Assembly (NCBI GenBank): GCA_963833465.1
Contig: CAWHXW010000002.1
Span: forward strand, 288,523-352,522
From: Ignavibacteriota bacterium
GTDB lineage: Bacteria > Bacteroidota > Ignavibacteria > UBA10030
Direction of reading: 5' to 3'
DNA length: 64,000 nucleotides
Notes under the pieces: model-generated
What the model saw: the letters and a program-made list of their open reading frames with translations, nothing else
Database searches by the model: none
What the model was told of the DNA's origin: nothing
Program-made: the position numbers and the translations under genes
In this document: positions 1 to 7,718 of the stretch, piece by piece
Layout: every line of letters starts with the position of its first letter
How positions within the stretch are numbered: position 1 is the first letter of the stretch

Positions 1-257
1 TCTGATTCTGTTTCTCCGTTCATCTCGACTTGTACGTAAACGACAGAGGGTGTTACTGTTTTCCCTACATTATGAAAAGCTTCATTTAATGCCTGCAATG
101 TAGAATTCGGTTTAGCAAACGTTTGTTGAGAACCAAGTTTGACGTCTTCACCGGCAAATGAAAAATCAACTCCCTTAAAGCTTGATACCAACACGACTCC
201 AAAAATAATTCCAAGACTAATTAAAAAAATGGCGGCTAACACTGATTTTGATGACAT
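1..257 (-). CDS. HtrA/DegP(Do)-family serine protease, N-terminal part (runs off window)
   Basis: Manual translation MSSKSVLAAIFLISLGIIFGVVLVSSFKG...LQALNEAFHNVGKTVTPSVVYVQV. N-terminal TM followed by the F..V...V.PSVV segment typical of HtrA N-termini; GGAGG RBS upstream. Catalytic domain not in window. Confidence 0.7.
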   Translation of the reverse strand, partial: MSSKSVLAAIFLISLGIIFGVVLVSSFKGVDFSFAGEDVKLGSQQTFAKPNSTLQALNEAFHNVGKTVTPSVVYVQVEMNGETES

Positions 258-271
258 ATTGTTCCTCCAAT

Positions 272-1075
272 TTATTTTGCAGCTTTTTTATGATTAAATA
301 ATTCTGTCGATTTCAAAGGTTTTAATCCTTCAAAGTGATATCGTAAATATAGACGTAAAAACTCATCAATTTGGTTCCCGACATCATTATCAAATTCAAG
401 ATTGCCAAGAGTAGGTATCTGTGAATTCAACAGCCGCCGCAAAATTTGTAATCCTTGAATCGTAATAGAAATAAATGTCGCATCCTGGTCGATACGCGTT
501 GAAAAAGTATTTGGTGAACAACAATTATTGCAAAAGACTGCCCCTCGAGTTACTTGAAATGCGAATTGCTTCTCGCCATTGTTTATTACGAGATGATTAC
601 CACACTCGCCACAAATTTCAAAATTCGGTGCATATCCAAACAGTGAAGCAAGTCGTAATCGGAATGCATTTAAATATGATTGATAATTTTTGGAACTGGA
701 ATTAAGCGCTCTCAATGTTTCGCAGAGTAAAGTGAATAGCGCAGGATTTTTCTCTTCGTCATGCGTAACTTGATTAATGAGTTCAATCACCGCTAATGCC
801 ATGGTCATTCTATCTAAATCTTCAGTAAGGTTTTTAAATGGAATTATGGAATCACATTGCGAAATCAGATGAATATCTCGGTGCTCCTTTTTGTATATAA
901 CAAGCATCGAATGTGTCATCGGCTCTAATGCCGAACCAAATTTACTTTTCGCTGTTCGCGCTCCCTTGGCAATCCCTTTCAGTTTCCCAAATTCTTTTGT
1001 ATAGAAAGTGACAATCTTACTTGTGTCACGATATTTCATCGATTTGAGAATTATAGCTTCTGTCTTAATAAGCAT
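272..1075 (-). CDS. recO: DNA repair protein RecO
   Basis: N-terminal KTEAIILKS..YRDTSKIVTFYT.EFGKL.GIAKGAR OB fold; CxxC...CxxC Zn finger; C-terminal LKS. Confidence 0.95.
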   Translation of the reverse strand: MLIKTEAIILKSMKYRDTSKIVTFYTKEFGKLKGIAKGARTAKSKFGSALEPMTHSMLVIYKKEHRDIHLISQCDSIIPFKNLTEDLDRMTMALAVIELINQVTHDEEKNPALFTLLCETLRALNSSSKNYQSYLNAFRLRLASLFGYAPNFEICGECGNHLVINNGEKQFAFQVTRGAVFCNNCCSPNTFSTRIDQDATFISITIQGLQILRRLLNSQIPTLGNLEFDNDVGNQIDEFLRLYLRYHFEGLKPLKSTELFNHKKAAK

Positions 1076-1081
1076 TGGTTC

Positions 1082-2137
1082 TTAGTACTTTGGTATTGAT
1101 GATTGGAGCGAACGAAGCGAATCATAAAATGGGGGAAATAAAATTCCCCGATCTGTAACAATCGCGCTTATTAGTTCGTTCGGAGTAACATCAAATGCCG
1201 GAGAATAAACCGACATGCCTTCCGGTGCGATTCGTTTTCCGAATATTTCCGCAATTTCTTTTTCATTCCGCTCTTCTATTGGAATATCTTTGCCTGTTTT
1301 TATTTGAAAATCAATTGTCGAAATTGGTGCAGCAACATAAAATGGAATTCCATGATGTTTAGCCATCACTGCAATATTATATGTTCCAACTTTATTAGCT
1401 ACATCGCCGTTAATAGCTATTCGATCTGCACCGACAATAACCGCATTAATTTTTCTTTGCTGCATCAGAAATGCAGCGGCGCTATCCACAATCAGAGTCG
1501 CTGGAATTTTTACTTGCTTCATTTCCCATGCAGTCAATCGTGCACCTTGTAGAAGCGGCCTTGTTTCATCAATATATACATGCTCGAGTTTTTTATTTTC
1601 CCATGCTTTAGTGATAATGCCTAAAGCTGTTCCGCGTCCGCCGGTGGCAAGAGCACCTGTATTGCAATGAGTCAAAATGGAACAAGATTGCCGAAAAAGT
1701 TCAACACCAAAAGAACTAATACGCTCGCACATTTCAAAATCTTCTTGATGAATTAAAAGCGCTTCGTCAACTAAATGTTTTTGTAAATCGGCAATAGAGT
1801 TTGTCTGCCAAGAATCTATTACTCGGTGCTGTCGTTCCAAAGCCCAAAAGAGATTAAAAGCAGTCGGACGTGTAGAAGAAAGAATGTCCATTGCCGATTG
1901 AAGATAAGATCGTACACCGCCGACTTTGTTTCTTTTTAACTGAAAACTTGCAAGTGCAACTCCATAAGCTGCTGCAATACCAATTAGCGGCGCGCCGCGG
2001 ATTGCGAGCCGCATTATTGCTTCAGCTAAAACAGCAACATCACCAGTTTTAATAAATATTTCTTCGAGGGGAAGTTTCGTTTGATCAAGAAACCGGATAT
2101 TGCCGTCTATCCATTCTAACGGCTTCATATCATTCAC
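1082..2137 (-). CDS. mtnA: S-methyl-5-thioribose-1-phosphate isomerase
   Basis: LDQTKLP, IRGAPLIG, TRPTAFNL, THCNTGALAT, ETRPLLQGARLTAWE, NKVGTY, PAFDVTP motifs. Confidence 0.95.
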   Translation of the reverse strand: MNDMKPLEWIDGNIRFLDQTKLPLEEIFIKTGDVAVLAEAIMRLAIRGAPLIGIAAAYGVALASFQLKRNKVGGVRSYLQSAMDILSSTRPTAFNLFWALERQHRVIDSWQTNSIADLQKHLVDEALLIHQEDFEMCERISSFGVELFRQSCSILTHCNTGALATGGRGTALGIITKAWENKKLEHVYIDETRPLLQGARLTAWEMKQVKIPATLIVDSAAAFLMQQRKINAVIVGADRIAINGDVANKVGTYNIAVMAKHHGIPFYVAAPISTIDFQIKTGKDIPIEERNEKEIAEIFGKRIAPEGMSVYSPAFDVTPNELISAIVTDRGILFPPFYDSLRSLQSSIPKY

Positions 2138-3047
2138 TTCTCATCAAATCGCGATAAATCGCTGAAAGAATGAAAACGGTCATGAATTTTTAAGTAACTC
2201 AAATCACGCAAACTATCAACACTAAATTTTTCCACACAGAACGAAGCTAATGTACTGCCATATATGATGGCACGCTTTAGATTTTCGGAAGAAATATCGT
2301 CCGTTCGTGCAAGCCAGCCGATGAAACCGCCTGCAAAAGAGTCGCCTGCACCCGTCGGATCAAAAATTGTTTCCAGCGGATAAGCAGGCGCGAGAAAATT
2401 GTATCATCTGTTACAAGCATTGCACCATGTTCACCTTTTTTAATGATAATAATCTGCGGGCCCATTTTAATAATTTTTTTGGCTGCTTTGATAAGATTGG
2501 GTTCGTGCGTAAGAAGACGAGCTTCAGAATCATTGACAATGATTACATCCATAAATTTCATGGTTTCTGCCAGTTCTTTTGGTTTTGTCTCAATCCAATA
2601 ATTCATCGTATCGCCAACAACAAGACGCGGTTTCTTGATTTGATTTAAAACCTGTAATTGAAGCACCGGATCAATATTGCCAAGACAGACGTACGAAGAA
2701 GATTTGAATCTTTCGGGAATTTTTGGATCAAAATTTTCAAAAACATTTAAATTCGTAAAAAGTGTGTCGCGTACATTCAAATCGTAATGGTACTTTCCGC
2801 CCCATTGGAAAGTTTTGCCATTTTCGATTATCTGCAATCCATCCAAATCTATCTGTCTCGATTCCAAAAATTTAATATATTCTTTCGAAAAATCTCCTCC
2901 AACTACACCGACAAGACGAATAGGCACAGTCAAATAACTTGCGGATGCAGAAATGTATACTGCAGATCCACCTAAAGCTTTCTTTATATTTCCAAAAGGT
3001 GTTTCGACAGTGTCGAGTGCAACAGAACCAACTACTAACAGACTCAC
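2134..3047 (-). CDS. PfkB-family sugar/nucleoside kinase (one apparent 1-nt deletion near 2391; ~304 aa when repaired)
   Basis: MSLLVVGSVALD...LGGSAVY N-terminus. After the shift the frame continues APAYPLETIFDPTGAGDSFAGGF (PfkB anion-hole motif) to TGA at 2134-2136, overlapping the mtnA start. Confidence 0.9.
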
Positions 3048-3065
3048 TATGATATCCTTTCGATT

Positions 3066-3512
3066 TTAAATTGGCGCAATTTCTACTAATCCGGCGGTGT
3101 CTTTATTTCCAACTATAAATTCATTTACAATCTTAATAGAATGTTTTTGACCGGGCCACACAAGCCGTTTTCTTGCGTCTTGATATCTCAGCCATTCGAA
3201 CCTTTGATGTTCTTCAGATAATTGCAGTACCGAAGACGAATCGAGTTCAGCGGCAAAAACCGGAGCCAATTGAATCGTATCTTTCACCAGATCAAAATAT
3301 GTATCCACATACGGAACTGTCCAGCATCGTTTAGGAATCAAACCAGTTTCTTCTTTTAATTCGCGCATCGCCGCTTTTAAAGCAGTTTCGTTTTTTCTCA
3401 TAGTTCCCGTCACAATCTGCCAGAGTCCTGGATAAAGCTTATCATCCTTAGCCCTTTGAAGAATAAGAAAATGCGTTTCTGCATTAAGTTTTCTAAAAGC
3501 GCACACTTCCAC
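3066..3512 (-). CDS. NUDIX hydrolase (NudB/dATP pyrophosphohydrolase-like)
   Basis: WQIVTG...ETALKAAMRELKEETGL Nudix box and LSEEH motif; exact start uncertain. Confidence 0.85.
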   Translation of the reverse strand: MEVCAFRKLNAETHFLILQRAKDDKLYPGLWQIVTGTMRKNETALKAAMRELKEETGLIPKRCWTVPYVDTYFDLVKDTIQLAPVFAAELDSSSVLQLSEEHQRFEWLRYQDARKRLVWPGQKHSIKIVNEFIVGNKDTAGLVEIAPI

Positions 3513-3614
3513 AATTTGATTGCTAATACTTGACAGAATGATTCTTTCTTTTATTACGAAAAAGATAAACGAATTTTAATTGAATTCAAATTCCCGGATT
3601 AGAAGAATGAAAAA

Positions 3615-4403
3615 TTACTTTCTAACAGGCTGAATTCTCCAATTCGATAAAAATATTCCGCATGCGATTCCGACATTAAGTGATTCTGCTTTACCGAAAC
3701 GTGGAATACTTAAAACCTCATCAACTTGCCGAAGAATATCTGGATTCACGCCATGCGCTTCACTTCCTAAGATAAGAACAGATTTTTCGTGAAGTGTTTT
3801 GGATCCAAGCGGCTTTCCATCAAGTGCTGTTGCAATGAGTTTGAAACTTTCAGATTGAAGATGAGAGATTGCGGTCTTCAATTCAAGATTCTCAAATACT
3901 TTCAAATGAAAAATTGAACCCGAAGTCGCACGCACAACTTTCTCGTTATATACTGAAACACATCCTTCACTTAAAAGAACCGCATCAACACCAAACCAAT
4001 CGCAAGTACGAAGAATTGTTCCAAGATTTCCAGGATCATTGATATGGTCGCAGGCGACTATTAATTTTGCAAATTGAAGTTTTTCTATTCCGAATTCTTC
4101 AATTTGTTGATGGACAAGTGCCACAACTCCTTGAGAATGGACTTCGTCAGAAATTTGTTTTAACTGTACTTCTTTTAATTCTTTTATTGGAATATTGCGT
4201 TTTTTTGCTAATGTCAACAATTGCTGGTGTTCAGATTTCAGACTTGCTTCTGGAAGTACTGCGATGAGTTCGATATGAAAATCCGATTGTAAAGCATCCT
4301 GAAGCGGACGCCAACCCTCAAGAATAAATTTTCGCTCACTATCCCGATTTTTCTTCTGCTGAAATGAGCGAAGATATTTTATTTCAGATTGAGTTAAATT
4401 CAC
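3615..4403 (-). CDS. TrmH/SpoU-family RNA 2'-O-methyltransferase
   Basis: DPGNLGTILRTCDWFG, ILGSEAHGV, AESLNVGIA motifs. Probable start is GTG at 4403; the ORF extension to 4652 runs through repeat DNA. Confidence 0.92.
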   Translation of the reverse strand: MNLTQSEIKYLRSFQQKKNRDSERKFILEGWRPLQDALQSDFHIELIAVLPEASLKSEHQQLLTLAKKRNIPIKELKEVQLKQISDEVHSQGVVALVHQQIEEFGIEKLQFAKLIVACDHINDPGNLGTILRTCDWFGVDAVLLSEGCVSVYNEKVVRATSGSIFHLKVFENLELKTAISHLQSESFKLIATALDGKPLGSKTLHEKSVLILGSEAHGVNPDILRQVDEVLSIPRFGKAESLNVGIACGIFLSNWRIQPVRK

Positions 4404-4449
4404 AATGGAATATAGAGAAAAAGTGAAGGAGAAACAAAACCCATGAAAA

Positions 4450-4585
4450 TCGTAGCGTAGGCGAATAAGGTTCGTTAGTGTCACCTCAGCTTTAGAGCAG
4501 GAGGACCTGTTCTCCGTAGCTTTAACGCAGGAAAATCCCCGCCAAAAAGATGGCGGACGAGTCGACGGGTAAACCGACGGGCAGG
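4450..4585. repeat. Cluster of degenerate REP-like short palindromes and short direct repeats
   Basis: cctcagctttagagcaggagg and ctccgtagctttaacgcagga are two related AGCTTTA units. Hairpin CCGCCA-aaaaga-TGGCGG. Three GACG(A/G)G units spaced 8-12 bp. Confidence 0.5.
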
Positions 4586-4644
4586 AGTTCAGTATGACAT
4601 TGTCGTATTTTTGAGATATGTTCATGATAGAGCATGTTGTGTAG

Positions 4645-5073
4645 ATGCACAAACTGGCAGTTCATGCAATGGAACCAATGGTTCAACCTGAAATACATCT
4701 GATCCGGCCAGCGGAACTGGTAATTCAGACAAGAGAACTATTGATCCGGACGATGGAACTCATGGTTCGGACAGTGGAACTAAGAACCGGGACAACGGAA
4801 CTTGTAGCTCGGAACACGGAACTCATGGTTCAACCAGTGGAACTAGTAACAGGAACAACAGAACTCATGATTTTTCAAACGGAACTTACAGCTTGGATGA
4901 CGGAACTAATAGTTCGGACAGCGGAACTAATAACCCGGACAATGGAACTTGTGGCTTGGGCAACGGAACTTGGGGTTTTTTTGATGGATTTAACGGTTTC
5001 CGCTGTGTCACCCCGAACTCGTCCCGCTGTACGGGATGCCGTACAACGGCATTTCGGGGTCTGCTTTTCCTAA
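4645..5073 (+). CDS. Possible heptad-repeat protein (E-L-x-x-x-T-x)n encoded by the 21-bp array; coding status uncertain
   Basis: A 142-aa frame is open across the array, but it is antisense to all neighbours, has no clear RBS, and its tail runs through a REP. Confidence 0.3.
   Translation: MHKLAVHAMEPMVQPEIHLIRPAELVIQTRELLIRTMELMVRTVELRTGTTELVARNTELMVQPVELVTGTTELMIFQTELTAWMTELIVRTAELITRTMELVAWATELGVFLMDLTVSAVSPRTRPAVRDAVQRHFGVCFS
4651..4971. repeat. 21-bp-period degenerate tandem array (13 perfect GAACT cores plus 3 decayed units)
   Basis: GAACT at 4714, 4735, 4756, 4777, 4798, 4819, 4840, 4861, 4882, 4903, 4924, 4945 and 4966 (exact 21-bp spacing). Decayed in-phase units at 4651, 4672 and 4693. 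Approximate consensus GAACTnnTrGTTCGGACArcG. Confidence 0.95.
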
Positions 5074-5104
5074 AAAATGGATGCTGAAACAAGTTCAGCA
5101 TGAC
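5006..5104. repeat. Inverted pair of (T)GTCA-tagged REP-like palindromes; left copy interrupted by two 15-bp mini-hairpins
   Basis: TGTCACCCCGAACTCG[TCCCGCTGTACGGGA][TGCCGTACAACGGCA]TTTCGGGGTCT at 5006-5062 and GATGCTGAAACAAGTTCAGCATGAC at 5080-5104 (reverse complement GTCATGCTGAACTTGTTTCAGCATC). Confidence 0.8.
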
Positions 5105-5160
5105 TTCTTAGAAGCGTCGAGGTCAAAAGACTTTAGGGACGAGGCTAAGAGAACGATAAC

Positions 5161-5194
5161 CAATAGCCCCTTCCGGGTAACGAAGGGGCTATTG
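5161..5194 (-). terminator. Intrinsic terminator-like hairpin downstream of 5209..5928
   Basis: CAATAGCCCCTTC-cgggtaac-GAAGGGGCTATTG, a perfect 13-bp stem 15 bp after the stop codon; U-tract imperfect. Confidence 0.75.
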
Positions 5195-5208
5195 AAATTA
5201 ATAAACGA

Positions 5209-5928
5209 TTATTTCTTTGCTGTATCTGGAGATTGAGCAGGAACTTTAGCGGCAGTTGTTATATTCTTTTTAGCCCGCACCACCGCATAGCGCAGCGGTT
5301 TAATGGCTTCAAACTCTCCCAAAATTTCCGGCTTGTTATAGAATTGCGCAGAAGCCGCGCCGTAAATAAAGTCTGCCGCTTCTTCCACAGCATCCATTGC
5401 CTGCCATGCCTGTGCCGTGGCTTCCGGTACGTCTTTATGCTTCGCCGATTCCTGTGTTGAATCCACAGTACCGAGCGATGCCGCAGCAGCAACCAACGCA
5501 TCTTTATCTGTTGCCAACAGATTGCCTTTTGTGGTCAGTACCGCTGCATATTTATCCCATGTTGTTGCAATGCCTTTTGCCCACTTTATCAGTAAGGCGG
5601 TGGAATGATTATTTTTTTCACCGACAAAGAATTCTTTAAGCTGCGGACTTCCTTTCGGGAATGCACGTTTGGCTCCTCCTTGAATACGGCGGATTTCTGC
5701 CAGCGCTATGTCCCGCGCTTCAACTTCTTGTTCCGTTAATTGTTCTTTATCGGATGTTTCGCCGCCGGAAGCAGCGATTTTATCTTCCATCGTTGCCACA
5801 AGCCCGTTATAATTCGTAAGGAATTGCGAAGTAACGCCGCGCGGTTCTAATGTCGGAAGATTTGTTTGTGCAAGAATCGTAAGCGCTCCGCTTTCTTGCT
5901 TCAATCCTTGACTGGTTGGATGTGCCAT
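5209..5928 (-). CDS. Hypothetical all-helical protein with two internal repeats
   Basis: 239 aa, AGAGGAG RBS, Ala/Glu/Lys-rich. The halves end in similar motifs, GAKRAFPKGSPQLKEF and GAASAQFYNKPEILGEF. No signal peptide or TM. Confidence 0.85.
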   Translation of the reverse strand: MAHPTSQGLKQESGALTILAQTNLPTLEPRGVTSQFLTNYNGLVATMEDKIAASGGETSDKEQLTEQEVEARDIALAEIRRIQGGAKRAFPKGSPQLKEFFVGEKNNHSTALLIKWAKGIATTWDKYAAVLTTKGNLLATDKDALVAAAASLGTVDSTQESAKHKDVPEATAQAWQAMDAVEEAADFIYGAASAQFYNKPEILGEFEAIKPLRYAVVRAKKNITTAAKVPAQSPDTAKK

Positions 5929-5998
5929 AGTTAAAAGCTCCTCTATAAGTTATTTGTACGTTGTGATTTGGTTAGCGAGGCAGGAGAAACATTTACCC

Positions 5999-6739
5999 TT
6001 ATGATTTCTCCCGCCTCATTTTATTTCTTGTTGATATGATTCCGTCGGTGTTATCGTAATCCCAATCAATGCGAACTCTTGTTGCTGGTAGTCCTTTAAT
6101 TACAGTCGAAAATGAAGGGTCATTTGAAGATTGCTGATACCGAACTTGACCGTATATGTAAATGTATATTTCATATGTGTTTCCAACTTTTTCAACTTTG
6201 AGTAATGACTTGGTATTGGTACTTGCTCTTGGTTTGAAAACAGCAACCGCTTTAGGTTTGTTATCATCAATTATTTGTGGAGGTCTGTTGAATAACTCGT
6301 TGGGCTTATCTCCTTGCTCAATAATTTCACCGTTTTTGACTTGAAAATATAAAGGGATGGTTTGATAAGAAGCGACTTTATCTTTTTTCGGGTCATCTGC
6401 TTTGAAACCCAAACAAAGTTCCACGAGATGAAAACCATCTTCAATTGTATCTAGGGGTAAATTCATTTCTATGGTATTTGAACGAGTAAGTTTGCCAAGC
6501 ATTCTGTCATACGTTTCATTTGATTTTTTAAGCTTTGAATTCGCATGAAATTCAAATGACACGTCGCCATCTGCAACACTTTCAACTATGAGATGTATAT
6601 TTCCTTTTTTGTCCTTTTCTGATGTTGAAATGTTGACCTCTTTTAATTTAAAAGGTGACTTGATATCTTCTTGTGCATAGATATTGTCAAATTTCAAGAT
6701 GGATGCAATTATGATTGAAATGAATATGATTTTTTTCAT
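5999..6739 (-). CDS. Secreted hypothetical protein, probably a C-terminally truncated fragment
   Basis: Signal peptide MKKIIFISIIIASILKFDNIYA|Q and AAGGGA RBS. Ends abruptly just after starting a beta-rich domain (IYGQVRY...VRIDWDYDN). Confidence 0.7.
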   Translation of the reverse strand: MKKIIFISIIIASILKFDNIYAQEDIKSPFKLKEVNISTSEKDKKGNIHLIVESVADGDVSFEFHANSKLKKSNETYDRMLGKLTRSNTIEMNLPLDTIEDGFHLVELCLGFKADDPKKDKVASYQTIPLYFQVKNGEIIEQGDKPNELFNRPPQIIDDNKPKAVAVFKPRASTNTKSLLKVEKVGNTYEIYIYIYGQVRYQQSSNDPSFSTVIKGLPATRVRIDWDYDNTDGIISTRNKMRREKS

Positions 6740-6769
6740 GTGCTTTCCCTTTGATTTATATATTCCTGA

Positions 6770-7291
6770 TTATGGCTTTGGCAATGTAAAATATTGAAGT
6801 GGGCCACCAGGTTCAATCCAATTGATTTTTCTTAATTCCGGCGAGTCAATAGGATACATTTTAACACTGTCAGCGATAAAAATAGAGTCATACGCAGCAT
6901 TTACTGCAATGGAATAGTCTCCTGGTTTGAAGAGCAGTCTGAATTTCCATTCTTGTGTAAAAGGGGTTTCAGCTTGAAAATTAGTTCTGACCCGAATTTC
7001 TGTGTAAACTTTCAGAGTATCTCTATATGGGAATTCCAAAACTGTAAAATATTGCGATGTTGCACCAAGACTTATCGCCATCCATCCCGTTCCAGTAAAT
7101 TTCGGATAACAAGTAACCTTTAGTGAAATCGTCGTGTCTTCTATCGCTACAGGTGGATCAGCAATAATATCGTATTGGCGTCGCTCAAATGGGTACTCTC
7201 CTGCATACGTATCCTGATTATTGGTCGAGGAGTTTTTGCAAGAAGTGAATAAACAAATTATAAAGCATGCAAAATAGAATATGATTTTCAT
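6770..7291 (-). CDS. Hypothetical lipoprotein
   Basis: ATG at 7291 with AGGAGG RBS; MKIIFYFACFIICLFTS|C lipobox-type signal. Confidence 0.8.
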   Translation of the reverse strand: MKIIFYFACFIICLFTSCKNSSTNNQDTYAGEYPFERRQYDIIADPPVAIEDTTISLKVTCYPKFTGTGWMAISLGATSQYFTVLEFPYRDTLKVYTEIRVRTNFQAETPFTQEWKFRLLFKPGDYSIAVNAAYDSIFIADSVKMYPIDSPELRKINWIEPGGPLQYFTLPKP

Positions 7292-7718
7292 GTTTTTCCT
7301 CCTGTTCGTGAGTTTATGATAAACTTTGCTGTGAAATTCCTTTTTCTGTTTTAATGTTGTAGTACAAGAAACTGCAATACTTCCAACTCTTTTTCTGTTA
7401 TATTTTAACAAATGGTATGTCAAATTTTTCACTACTGCTGGGACTGCCATAGTTATTCCAGAATATCTCTTCTATGCATCGGTACACACCACTGCCTTGG
7501 TTGAAGAAAAACTTTTTTATAGTATCTTCTGTCAGAAAACGCATACACTTCTCTCCACAGAATAGAATAGGATATATTAAGAAAAGACCTGCCTACAGTA
7601 CCGCCCAACCAGTTTGTAGCTGGAGGAAATGTAGAAAATGTATTAGTGAATGTCAAAGAAAATTTGGATAATGTCTTAATTTAACATAGCTGGTTAGTGA
7701 AACAAAAGACTGCAACTT

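Noticed and set aside
4404-4652. N-terminal extension of the TrmH ORF
   Set aside because: It runs through REP-like DNA; family similarity starts at about GTG 4403.
4651-4971. CRISPR array interpretation of the 21-bp repeats
   Set aside because: The invariant part is only 5 bp, the period is far too short, the variable parts are related to each other, and no cas genes are present.
4714-4971. LexA (GAAC-N4-GTTC) boxes
   Set aside because: Spacing here is N5 and the array is not positioned as an SOS promoter.
4886-5236. Short ORFs containing MLNLFQHP / MLKQVQHD
   Set aside because: These are translations of the REP palindrome, not credible genes.
7453-7671. Small ORFs or ncRNA between comEC and the lipoprotein gene
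   Set aside because: No RBS, motif or convincing stable structure; likely a promoter region.
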